Shown here in pieces: positions 12,270 to 24,339 of a DNA stretch of 64,000 nt. The notes under the pieces are model-generated. The model was not told the DNA's origin. It did no database searches and saw only the letters and a list, made by a program, of their open reading frames with translations. Position numbers and translations under genes: made by a program. This DNA is from Blasia pusilla (Eukaryota): contig CM114271.1 in the NCBI GenBank assembly GCA_050084515.1, positions 9,424,001-9,488,000 of the forward strand, written 5' to 3'. How positions within the stretch are numbered: position 1 is the first letter of the stretch; every line of letters starts with the position of its first letter.

Positions 12270-15200
12270 ATGGATAATTATGTGAAGCTCACTTGTGGCA
12301 GTCATCTAGCGGCCCTTCCTCAATCAGAAATCGTTCAACCGCAAGCTTGTGAGTCTTTCATACTAGTGGATGAAAATTTCTCTCAGTTCGATTTCTTCTC
12401 CAAATTGGAACCATCTTTGTGTCCAAGGATGTTAGGGTGGACAGTACGGAGGACATAATAGGTGACACAATCCAGCCAATGATTGCAGACCGTAAAGTAT
12501 GGAATCTCCTACCTCTAGCAAATGGTCAATACAGAGTTTACGGCTGGCCTCTGAATTCCCCTTTTTCCCAAGTACACGGTTGAGAATTTCCTAGTGCATC
12601 GAGCTCTACGTTTGCAACTCCTAGCTCACTAGATCTGGCATCGAGTCCAACTTCACACTCTCGTAACAATGTTGTACTTCCTGAAGACATTATGGGTGTC
12701 GTCAACCTCAGTGGATCTGTCGGACACCAAATGGGCCCTCTGTCCGCCTACTCGTTCCTCTTGCGAGTATCCGGCAATAGTTTGCTATCGTCTCTAGCCT
12801 TGAAAATGTTCAAGCACATTCTTGTCCACGAGCTGCCGCCCACGTACGATGGTAATTGCATTTTTGAGTTGCCTCCACTTGCTGCTTCTGCTCAAAAGAA
12901 AGATGGAGGATGCTTGAAGGGTATGGATAGAAAGTCTGATTTTCATCGATGGTGCAGGCTTCAACAGACTAGTGCTTTAATTCCATATGGTCCTTGGATT
13001 TTCTTCCACCGCCAATGCGTTGGAGCCTTGGAGTGTAGGAGTCCAGAAGGCCCGTATCTAGAGCGCAACGGGCGGGTCAATACGTCCCAATTCCCCCCCA
13101 AGAATGCAGAAACTCCATATGAGATCGGTGCCACCATACCATCGGGAGGCCATCGATGTCCTCATTGTCAGGCATCCCCTTTCTTCGTTGGAGCGTGTCC
13201 TGCATACATATTTTTCATTGTCCACGACTTGGGCTCCACGTCAGAGTACACAAGGCTGGCAGTTCATGTTGGCTCCCACGCTCATCCTGTGACCGATGCA
13301 ATTCAGAGACACATCAAGGAGGGTGTGGCGAAGAAAGTGGCCGAGATCTACAGAAACTCTCCAAGTTCAAAGCCTGGAGTGATCAAGCTCACAACAACAT
13401 CACAAATTTGTGAACAATTTCTTGGAATCCCTAGACAAGACAAGATCACGGCTGCTGAGGAGAAACAACTCTGGGAAAATCTCGCATTTCTCGCTGATCC
13501 TGAATGCCTCCGGAATTTGTTGCGTCAAATACGAGTATTGGATGGAAAGACGGCAAAAATGGATGCCATTGCCAGAATCAAGGCCAACTCTAGATTTCCA
13601 TTCATTCAGAGATGGCAGTTCATGGGCTAGGGAGGCGAAGGATCCAGGGCCTATGTCTTCAAAATGTCAACGACAGGTTCGTCGAGTGGCCTCGATCTTA
13701 TAGATCGATTGAGGGAAGGGGAAGATCTTTACGGCAGCTGGGTAAACTTTGATATTTGCTATAGAGTGTTGAACGGATGGTTGACAATGGGTGCTCACGT
13801 TTATGACCATGTGGAGAAGGGACTCAAAAATATATTTGTGTGTGAAGTAAAGGCAGAAGACGTTGGCAGTTTGAAGATGTGCTGGTTACTCTCATTGGAG
13901 GTGGTGAAGGAAAACAAAAGGCCACCTCCGGAAATTTATGGGTTCATGGCGGACAATGCACAACCTAGGTGGATTGCTATCAGGGAAGTGTTCTGGGGTG
14001 GAGAGGTTCAACCGGAGAGGGAAAGGTCGGATGCTTTCCATTGGCAACACTGTGTGACCCGGTACACCAAATCTTGCATCAAGGAGAATAAGAGGACAGA
14101 GCATGTCACTCTACTCCAACGCTGCAAGGACAGCAAAACCTTGAAACAGGCCATGGAATGCCAAGAAGAACTTCATGGGTGGTGGAGGAAGCATGCGATT
14201 GAGGGTAAGTACAAAGAGTTGTGCTCTTGGTTGAGTTGGTGGACTATACGTATGAAACAATGGGGAAACTTCATGCGGCATGTGAGTTCACTATTTCGTA
14301 TTGTCAAGCTCACGTTGAGAATTGTTTGAAAAGTTGGAGCTCAAGTTGAGAATCGTGGGAACTATAGGGATTTCAAACCAAATAAACCAAGCAACTTGTC
14401 AGATGCGACAGGTTTCCCGAGTGTGCAACCCATCGGAAACAGACGGGTTGCTCGAGTGTGCAACCCGTCGGAAATGGACGGGTTGCCTGAGTGTGCAACC
14501 AATTGGAAACCAACGTGTTGCATCCAGAATTTTGGTGCAACCCGTATACAAGTATGCAAGTCGCATGTATACAAGGCCTGCAAATAGTTCGACACGGATG
14601 GGTTTCGGATGACTTGCACTTGGATCTTCCAGCCCGAAGTGGCCAAAGGTTCTTGCAAACCGTCGGAATGGGACGGGTTGCAGTAGGTGGTTCTTGGGTG
14701 TTGCAACACGTTGGGACCCGACGGGTTGCAGAGTCGTTCATGGGATGCCTCGGCCTTGCAACCCGTCTGGTTCCGACAGGTAACTTATTTCCTTGACTTC
14801 CTCCTGGAGATCGTCACAAGCATGCCAACGAATTTCACTTGTGGAGGCATGCCAACAAGACCAGGCAAGAGCAATGCTACAGTCTGCAGCATCCCATATC
14901 TTCCTCACAAAAGGCATAACAAAAGGAAGGGGGCCTTCGATCTACGAGCTCTATGTCAAGGCGGCTGTGAGATCTGGTGATGAAAAACTATATGTGGAAG
15001 CCTTCAACCGGTGTGTAGCAGGAACTCCCCTCGAGCAAGACGTACACATTGGTGGGGATATTCGTGGGCTCGCTTCAAGACGTCCCATACAGATGGTGGT
15101 AGAGGAGTCCGAGCGAGACTCGTGGAGACCAAATAAGTATCTTGACTTCAGGCAGGTGAAGAGGCAGCATCGAGAAAAGAATCCGGTGATTGATTTGGAT

Positions 15201-16241
15201 GAGGAAATTACGCCGCCCAAGTATTCGGGGACCCCGGATTGCTCCCAAATCCGTGATGGAGTAACTTCTCCAAAATCAGTGAATGTTTTATTTCAAAAGC
15301 CCTCCTTTGCTGGAAATTCACAACATCCGGTCGTTGGGATGGTTCAACAATATGGGATTCCGGTCATGGAGGTGGATTGCAACTTGAAACAGTGGCATAT
15401 ATCTCGGAGCAACCCCGAACATGGACCCACTTGCAGGGCAGGATCTTATGGCATTAGGAGAGCATGCGGCACTTTCCTAAATAAGAACTGTATAAGGACT
15501 GGACGACCGCTGCCTGGGTTTTGGGGACTCAAAACCTTTGATCGTTTCACGAGGACCGGGGATCAATTGAAGTACTTCTTCAGCCCAAATGAAACTTGCG
15601 CTTTTCGGAAGTCTTATCCGACTGCCATTGGAGCTCCGGGAAATACCCCCACGATTTGGCCCATCGCCGTAGATACGAATTGCACTCAAGACGAAGTGAA
15701 CAATCTTACAAGTGCCGGTTTCAAACTCGTAGACGGAGGAAGTTTGGAGCATGTTCGCATTACAGAGACCTTTGCATTTTGTATTCAACCCAAGATTGAT
15801 GTCAACACGTACCCGGAGAAGGTGGATGATCTCAATCCACTATTTTTGTTTGAGTCTAGAAATGGGGTGAAGAGAAACAAAATGTGTAGGCCAACGGTGG
15901 AGAGAGCAAAGCGAATTGCATCAGCTCGAGAGGCAAAAATGGAGATCATCGGCACAAAAGATATCCACAATGGCAATGGAATAGGAAGGATGTATTGGGT
16001 CAGGAACAACATTGTAAATTCAAGTGTCACAGGGATGTATGTGGTGCATATTTGATGCTTTCCCACATGTTTATGTGATGACTTTGTCCAAAGAGAGACA
16101 AGTGGCAAAAGGTATTTCCCTTGTAAGCACATGTACTATGTGTTGCTTATAGTTTTAAGAGAGTCGGAGGTAGGAGTAGAAATCCACCAACCAATTCTAT
16201 CCCTCAAAGAAGTGCGAAGTATTTTAAACAAACCAATTTGA
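12270..16241 (+). pseudogene. Mutator-like transposase (GCM-like Zn domain, DDE, SWIM), copy A
   Basis: CVGALEC...RCPHC...HVGSHAHP; NFDICYRV, FMADNAQ and DAFHW; C-terminal C(L)CDDF...PCKHM. Has stops; the exon 2 acceptor and AESVH motif are deleted near 14790. Confidence 0.82.
14282..14790 (+). repeat. Transposase intron filled with palindromes (copy A)
   Basis: GTGAGT donor after NFMR(H/Q); about 8 degenerate TGCAACCCGTCGG-NNN-CCGACGGGTTGCA units. Confidence 0.75.
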
Positions 16242-16655
16242 GGATGCAAAATGAGGTTTTAGATTGTTCTTTCATTTCTCGAAAACCTTCACTTTGAGCT
16301 TCAACTCTATTTTGCCCAGGGCAAATGATAGCTTTTTTCCTGACCTTGGACGCAAAAAGTGATTGGTTCCACACTTATGATTCCACTGATTTTTTAGTTT
16401 TCTAAATTTTGTGCAATTTGCAACTCCTCGGACTCAGATGGGTTGCCAAAATATGGAAGAGGAAAGAAAAACTGTCGGAGTGCTTAAGAACTGAGAAGAA
16501 AAGTGCAAAAAGATTCACACAAAAAGTTTCCTCTCTTCAACCCAATGGAAACTCTCTTCAAATCACAGGAAACTCTCTTTAAAAAAGAAGTATCTCTTTC
16601 GGTTGAAGGTAGTCTCCTCTCTCCTCTCTTCTCTCTTCCTCTCCTCTTACTACAC

Positions 16656-17052
16656 CTCATGAGGAAATAAACGCCAAAAAACGGGATTTTGCAAAGAAGA
16701 AGCAAGACCAGGCGGCCGAGTCATCTCGACAAAGAGCTGCCTAGCGGATGGTGTACAGGTACCTCATCAATTGTAAGAATGCAGGTACTTGTAAAAAATT
16801 ACCGGTAGCTTGCAAATTATGGGCTTCTCTGCCTGATGGAGAGGCATTCTCCATGTACAACATGCATATGGGACAAGGCATGTCCGACTAGGAGGTTAAT
16901 AATTGTCAAATGTGGTTGGACTTCAATGACCCAGAGGACATTACAGAAAAAAATCTACGCGTGGTGTATGATGCAGTGGTCGCACATAGGGACGACATTC
17001 CGAACTTCGTGCAACCTGACAATTTTTTTGAAGGAGATGGGAAGGAGCAAGC
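16656..17052 (+). pseudogene. Fragment of ParB-MTase exon 3 from an older copy, abutting the end of copy A
   Basis: EEINAKKRDFAKKK...WLDFNDPEDITEKNL...FFEGDGKEQA; homologous to 51005-51410. Confidence 0.8.
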
Positions 17053-18277
17053 TGTAATGTACAAGAGTTTCTATTTTACAATCGTTTAATAAGTTCGATC
17101 CCCAAGAGGATCATTGTTTGATGAAAAGAGAGTTCAAAATTACAATTATGTCGTAATAGTTGTGTTAAAATGTGTATGAGTTATATTCAATGTCTTATCA
17201 ATATCTGCAGATCTTTCTTAGTACCAAAGGATCTTTTCTCGATTCTCTCTTGTGCAATTGACAACATGCTCAGGTAGATTTCCTCTCGATATCAAGAAAC
17301 CTCACAGAGACCTCAACATGAAAGCTGGCTTCTCCTACTTTCGGAACTCAATCCGTCTCGGCAGGCTACTCCATGTCAAACAGATTTCCTACAACTCATG
17401 TTGATTATTTCATTTATGAGAAAGGTTCGCCTGATTCACTCTTCACTCTGCAGACCCAAAAAGAATACTCAGACATAAGTATCGCACATCAGAATGAATG
17501 AATTATTGCTTTACTACTCCATCAAGAATGAGAAAGCTTCAAAGTGTATACAAGCTCGAGAGGGTACTACTCCCTTGCTTGGACCATTCCTACAGCATAA
17601 GGACTTCGTAAGAGAATGATGATTATGGCTTCTATCTTGCTTCTTAAATACTTGCTCGAGTAGGAGTGATCCAAAGATTTGAAGCGTTATGGATGAAGCT
17701 AGTGTCTCTTCAGCATTTGTAACTACCTAGATCTATGGTTCTCTTAGCTTTTCCTACGATCCCTGTGAATCCGCAGAACAAAAGTGTCATAACTACCAAT
17801 TTGATACAAAGAGTCGCACCCCTTCCTAATCTAACTGTTCTAACGGTGTGTCGCTTGAAATCACTGTCATTCTTAGCTTTGCTTCGTTGGACTTCTCGAA
17901 GACGAAGCACTTCATTCTTCGTTCTTGTTTCAGGTGCTTCGTGCTTCGCGCTTCGTATAAGAGGGAAGTACTTCTTTCTCTTCTTCTTCCCACTTTGTTC
18001 AGGAGCGAAGGACTTCCTAAAAAGGTTCTTAAGAGTGCTTCGTTGTCTTTTCCAAGCTTTGCATTGGTTCTTTAGACTTCGTTATTGCATTTCCCTCTCC
18101 TCTAAGGCAAATCCTTGATCTTCCATCTTTCTGCCTTGTCCCAGGAGCTTCGTGATTCACTTTAATCTTACTCATTCCTCCTCATAATAATAAATAATAA
18201 TCAAAATCATAATGCACAAGAGTCTTCGTTGAATAAAAAGATATATTCTTCAAAAGTACAAAATTGTGGGTATCACA
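17053..18277 (-). repeat. LTR family 3 (~1.2 kb): 3' LTR with a polypurine-tract remnant, cut by copy B
   Basis: Minus strand TGTGATACCC...TACATTACA; homologous to 46708-47935; preceded by GGGTA as at 54207-54211. Confidence 0.85.
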
Positions 18278-18683
18278 TACCCGAGGTTCGTAAGAGGAGA
18301 GAGAAGAGAGGAAGAGAGGAGAGAGGAGAGAGGAAACTACCTTCAACCAAAATAGATACTTTCTTTTAAGAGAGTTTCCGTTGGGTTGAAGAGAGGAAAC
18401 TTTTTGTGTGAATTTTTTTGCACTGTTTTGTTCACTTATTAAGCAGTCCCACAATTTTTCTTTTCTCTTCCATATTTTGGCAACCCATCTAAGTCCGACC
18501 GGTTGCAAATTGCACAAAATATACAAAACTGAAAAATCAGTGGAATCATAAGTGTGGAACCAATCACTTTTTCCATCCAAGGTCTGGAAACAATCTACCA
18601 TTTTCCCAGGCTGAATAGAGTTCAAGCTAAAAGTGAAGGTTCTTGAAAAATGAAAGTACAATCTAAAACCTCATTTTGCATCC

Positions 18684-21600
18684 TCAAAGTGATTTGTTTA
18701 AAATACTTCGCACTTCTTCGAGGGACAAAATTGGTTGGTGGATTCCTACTCCTACCTCGGACTCTCTTAAAACTACTAGCAACACATAGTACATGTGCTT
18801 ACAAGGGAAATACCTTTTGCCACTTGTCTCTCTTTGGACAAAGTCATCACATGAACATGTGGGAAAGCAACAGATGTGCGCCATATACACCCCTGTGACA
18901 CTTGAATTTACAGTGTTGTTCCTGACACAATACATCCTTCCTATTCCATTGCCACTCAAGACATCTTTCGTGGCGATGATCTCCATTTTTGCCTCTCGAG
19001 CTGATGCAATTCGCTTTGCTCTCTCCACCATTGGCCTACACATTTTGTTTCTCTTCACCCATTTCTAGACTCAAACAGAAATAGTGGATTGAGATCATCC
19101 ACCTTCTCCGGGTACATGTTGACATCAATCTTGGGTTGAATACAAAATGTGAAGGTCTTTGTAATGCGAACATGCTCCGAACTTACCACGTCTACGAGTC
19201 TGAAAACGGCACTTGTAAGATTGTCCACTTTGTCTTGAGTGCAGTTCGTACCTGCAGCGATGGGCCAAATCGTGGGGGTATTCCCCGGAGCTCCAATGGC
19301 CGTCGGATAAGACTTCCAGAAACCGCAAGATTCATTTGGGTAGAATAAGTACTTCAATTGATCCCCGATCCTCGTGAAACGATCAAAGGTTTTGAGTCCC
19401 CAAAACCCATGCAGTGGTCGTCCTATCCTTGTACAGTTCTTATTTAGGAAAGTGCCGCATGCTCTCCTAATGCCATCAGATCCTGCCCTGCAGGTGGGTC
19501 CACGTCCTAGGTTGCTCCGAGATATATGCCGCCGTTTTAGGTTGCAATCCACCTCCATTATCGGAATCCCATATTGTTGAACCACTCCAATGACCGGATG
19601 TTGCGAACTTCCAACAACGGAGGGCTTTTGAAATAAGACATTCACTGATTTTGGAGAAGGGTCTCCATCACGGATTTGGGAGCGGTCCGGGGTCCCCGAA
19701 TACCTGGGCAGCGTAATTTTCTCATCCAAATCAATCACCGGATTCGTTCCTCGATGCTGCCTCTTCACCTGCCTGAAGTCAAGATACTTATCTGGTCTCC
19801 ACGAGTCTCGCTCGGACTGCTCTACCACCATCTGTATGGGACGTCTTGAAACCCGCCCACGAATATCCCCACCAATGTGTACGTCTTGCTCGAGGGGAGT
19901 TCCATCTACACACCGGTTGAAGGCTTCCACATACAGTTTTTCATCACCAGATCTCACAGCCGCCCTGACATAGAGCTCGTAGATCAACGACCCTCTTCCT
20001 TTTGTTATGCCTTTTGTAAGGAAGATATGGGATGCTGCAGACTGTAGCATTGCTCTTGCCTGGTCTTGTTGGCATGCCTCCACAAGTGAAATTTGTTGGC
20101 ATGCTTGTGACGACCTCCAGGAGGAATGAACACTTTCTGCACCACTTGTGTTGGGGCAGAGGGCATTTTCATGAATGTTCAATCCCTGCAACGACGGCAA
20201 TGTTAGAGGGGAACAAAAATAACTCATGAGTCAAAGAAATAAGCTACCTCTCTGAACCAGACGAGTTGCAAGGCCGAGGCATCCCATGAACGACTTTGCG
20301 ACCCATCGGGTCCCGACGTGTTGCAACCCTAAACCCACCTACTGCAACCCATCGGAACCAGACGGGTTGCAAGGCCGAGGCATCCCATGAACGACTCTGC
20401 GACCCGTCGGGTCCCGACGTGTTGCAACCCTAAAACCACCTTCTGCAACCCGTCGGATTCAGACGGGTTGCAAGAACCTATGGCCACTCTGGAAGATTCA
20501 AGTGCAAGTCATCCGAAACCCATCCAGGTCGAACTATTTGCAGGCCTTGTATACATGCGACTTGCATACTTCTCTACGGGTTGCAGCAAAATTCTGGATG
20601 CAACCCGTCGGTTTCCGTCGGGTTGCACACTCGGGCAACCCGTCGCATCCGACAGCTTGCTTGGTTTCTTCGGTTTGAAATCGCTATAGTTCCCACGCTT
20701 CTCAACTTGAGCTGCAACTTTACAAACAATTCTTAGCGTGAGCTTCACAAGACAAAATAGTGAACTCACCTACCGCATGAAGTTTCCCCATTGTCTCATA
20801 CGTACAGTCCACCAACTCAACCAAGAGCACAACTCTTTGTACTTCCCCTCAATCGCATGCTTCCTCCACCACCTGTGAAGGTCTTCCTGGAATTCCATGG
20901 CCTGTTTCAAGGTTTTGTTGTCCTTACAGCGTTGGAGTAAAGTGACATGCTCTGTCCTCTTATTCTCCTTGATGCAAGATTTGGTGTACCGGGTCACAGA
21001 CTGTTGCCAATGGAAAGCATCCGACCTTTCCCTCTCCGGTTGAACCTCTCCACCCCAGAACACTTCCCGGATATCAATCCACCCAGGTTGTGCATTTTCC
21101 GCCATGAACCCATAAATTTCCGGAGGTGGCCTTTTGTTTTCCTTCACCACCTCCAATAAGAGTAACCAGCACATCTTCAAACTGCCAACGTCTTCTGCCT
21201 TTACTTCACATACAAATATAGTTTTGAGTCCCTTCTCCACATGGTCATAAACATGAGCACCCATTATCAACCATCCGTTTAGCACTCTATAGCAAATATC
21301 AAAGCTTACCTAGCTGCCGTAAGGATCTTCCCCTTCCCTCATTCGATCTATAAGATCGAGGCCACTCGACGGACCTGTGGTTGACATATTGAAGACATAG
21401 ACCCTGGATTCCTCGCCTCCTTGGCCCATGAATTGCCATCTCTGAATGAATGGAAATCTAGAGTTGGCCTTGATTCTGGCGATGGCATCCATTTCGGCCG
21501 TCTTTCCATCTAGAATCCGTATTTGACGCAGCAAATTCCGGAAGCATTCAGGATCAGCGAGAAATGCAAGATTTTCCGAGAGTTGTTTCTCCTCAGCCGC

Positions 21601-22782
21601 CGTGATCTTGCCCTGTTCAAGGATTCCAAGAAATTGTTCACAAATTTGTGATGTTGTTGTGAGCTTGATCACTCCGGGCTTTGAACCTGGAGAGTTTCTG
21701 TAGACCTCGGCAACTTTCTTCGCCACATCCTCCTTGATGTGTCTCTGAATTGCATCGGTCACAGTATGAGTGTGGGAGCCAACATGAATTGCCAGCCTTG
21801 TGTACTCTGACGTGGAGCCCAAGTCGTGGACAATGAAAAATATGTATGCAGGACACGCTCCAACGCAGAAGGGCGATGCCTGACAATGAGGACATCGATG
21901 GCCTCCCGGCGGTATGGTGGCACCGACCTCGTATGGAGTTTCTATATTCTTGGGGGGGAATTGCGATGTATTGACTCGCCCGTTGCGCTCTAGATACGGG
22001 CATGCTGGACTTCTACACTCCAAGGCTCCAACGCATTGGCGGCGGGAGACAATCCAAGGACCATTTGGAATTGAAGCACTAGTCCATTGAAGCGTGCACC
22101 ATCGATGACAATCAGACTTTCTGTCCATACCCTTCAGGCATCCTCCATCTTTCTTTTGAGCATGAGCAGCAAGTGGAGGCAACTCAAAAATGCAATTACC
22201 ATCGTACGTGGGCGGCAACTCGTCGACAAGAATGTGCTTGAACATTTTCAAGGCCAGAGACGAAAGCAAACTATTGCCTGATACTCGCAAGAGGAACGAG
22301 TAGGCGGACAGAGCGCCCGGTTGGTGTCCGACAGATCCACTGAGGTTGATGACATCCGGAATCTCTTCAGGAAGAACAACATTGTTACGAGCGTATGAAG
22401 TTGGAGTTGAAGCCGGATCTACTGAGCTAGGAGTTGCAAATGTAGAGCTTGGTGCACTAGGAAATTCTTGACCGTCTACTTGGGAAACAGACGAATTCAG
22501 GGGCAAGCCGTGAACTCTGTATTGACCATTCGCTAGAGGTAGGAGATTCCATACTTTACGGTCTGCAATCATTGGCTGGACTGTCTCACCTATTATGTCC
22601 TCCGTACCGTCCATCCTAACATCCTTGGATACAAAGATGGTTCCAATTTGGAGAAGAAATCGAATAGAGAGAAAATTTTCATCCACTGCTATGAAAAACT
22701 CAAGAGCTTGCGGTCGAACGATTTCTGATTGAGGAAGGGCCGCCAGATGACTACCACAAGTGAGCTTCACATAATTATCCAT
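18684..22782 (-). pseudogene. Mutator-like transposase, copy B (best preserved; two exons, intron 20186-20769)
   Basis: GCM-like RRQCVGALECRSPACP...HRCPHC...HVGSHTH; SFDICYRV, FMAENAQ, DAFHW and PNTSGAESVHSSW; SWIM CSCDDF...CKHMYYVL. Phase-0 GT-AG intron; nonsense and frameshift lesions. Confidence 0.85.
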
Positions 22783-22934
22783 TCCCAAAAGATTCCAATG
22801 GGAGGAGATTGAGACTGAGAATGAGAATGAGAATGTTTTATTTACTGTGAATAGGAACTCAGATTCTCCTGACAGAATTTGACTGACAAGATGAAGTTTG
22901 GTAGGTGAAATTGTCTGACACAATGGATTCAATT

Positions 22935-24062
22935 CTGTTGCAACCTGTCAGAGTCAGGTGGGTTACAGGATTTGGGAAACAGAGACGTGGGTTGCGAAGC
23001 ACACTTCATTTTTTTGGAACCCGTCGGAGTCCGTTGGGTTGGTACCCCCTTCTTGCCGACCGAAGATCTTTTGAGGCGATTTTGCTAGCATCAAACAAAA
23101 GATATCGCTTGTTTTTGCGGGATTGTCCAACTCAAGGTACATCTTGTGACCCGTAAGATTGCAATGGGTTTCCTCGGAATAATACGATGTCGCATTGTTT
23201 CCCGAGGGATAACCTGTTGATAACCGACGGGTTGCCCTGGTAACTCAACTATTAACCCAAGCTAAGCGAAGCCTGCAACCCGTCGGCTTCAAACGGGTTA
23301 CACGCTTCTGCCTTACCTTGTAACGCAAACATGAACGAAGCTGGCAACCCGTAGCTCTCCGACGAGTTGCGCGGGTACCGCGCCTTCTTGCCCGAAGATG
23401 GCGGAGGCGTGCAACCCGTCGACATCAAACGGGTTGCCCAATTATCTCATGGTGTAACACTTACATGAAGGAAGCGTGCAAACCGTCTGCTCCCATGAGT
23501 TCCACGAGTGCCGCACCTTCTTGCCCAAAGACGGCGAGGCGTGCCACCTGTCGCCCTCAGACGGGTTGCGCAAGGGCCTCGCCTTGTTTCGCTTATATGA
23601 AGGAAGCATGCAACCTGTCGGCCTCTGACTAGTTGCGCGGGAAGCCCGCATTGTTATCCCTTCACGAGGGAAGCGTGCAACCCAACGGTCTCCGAAGGGT
23701 TGCGTGGGTACCTCCCATTCTTGTCCGAAGACGGCGAAGATGCACAACCTGTCGGTCTCCGACGGGTTGCGCGGGTACCTCGAGTTCTTGTCCGAAGATG
23801 GCGGAGGCGCTCAACCTGTCGGTCTTCGACGGGTTGCTCGCGCACCTTGCGTTCTCGTCCCAAGAGGGCGGAGGCGCGCAACTTGTCGGACTCCGACGGG
23901 TTGCCACGAGGACATGCCTTGAACCCTCGGGAAGCGTGCAACCCGTCAAAGCCGTCGGGTTGTTGTTTTTCACGTCCTGACTTCCTTAACGGCCGGCACG
24001 TCGCCGTCGGAAGGACGATGCGACCCAACGGTCAGCCCAACGGCTCGAAAAGTATAAATAGG
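22935..24062. promoter_or_regulatory. Divergent promoter with a palindrome array and TATA box (AGTATAAATAGG, ~24051-24062)
   Basis: More than 10 degenerate 27-bp palindromes at ~60-bp spacing between the two start codons. Confidence 0.65.
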
Positions 24063-24339
24063 GGAGAAATCGCTCATTTCCGGTTTTTCATTTTGCGATC
24101 TCCATTGGTTTCCCGTGCAGCAGCTGACCAGATACCAAGGGGCCCTTTACACGGCAACTCATCGCGAGACGATACGAGCGAACGATTGCGAGACGATTCG
24201 AGCAAACGATTGCGAGACGGTTTGACGGAACGATTGCGAGACAATTTGAGCTACCCATCAAGGCGACTCATCTCGACATCAACAAGGCGACTCATCAAGC
24301 GATTCATCGTGCACATAGGTGGAGGCATTTCCGGGAAAA

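Larger units (their letters stand above)
1..16655 (+). mobile_element. MULE-like ParB-MTase DNA transposon, copy A (transposase on +). Left end lies just outside the window; interrupted by two Gypsy elements; most of the MTase gene is deleted
   Basis: 1-1132 matches the subterminal and intron sequence of copy F (from 60190). 6215-6470 and 9892-10870 are ParB-MTase gene remnants. Transposase at 12270-16241. CT-rich end ...ctcctcttactacacctc at 16655. Confidence 0.8.

Noticed and set aside
12692-13630. Host GCM or WRKY transcription factor gene
   Set aside because: It is the N-terminal part of a multi-copy transposase frame that continues into DDE motifs.
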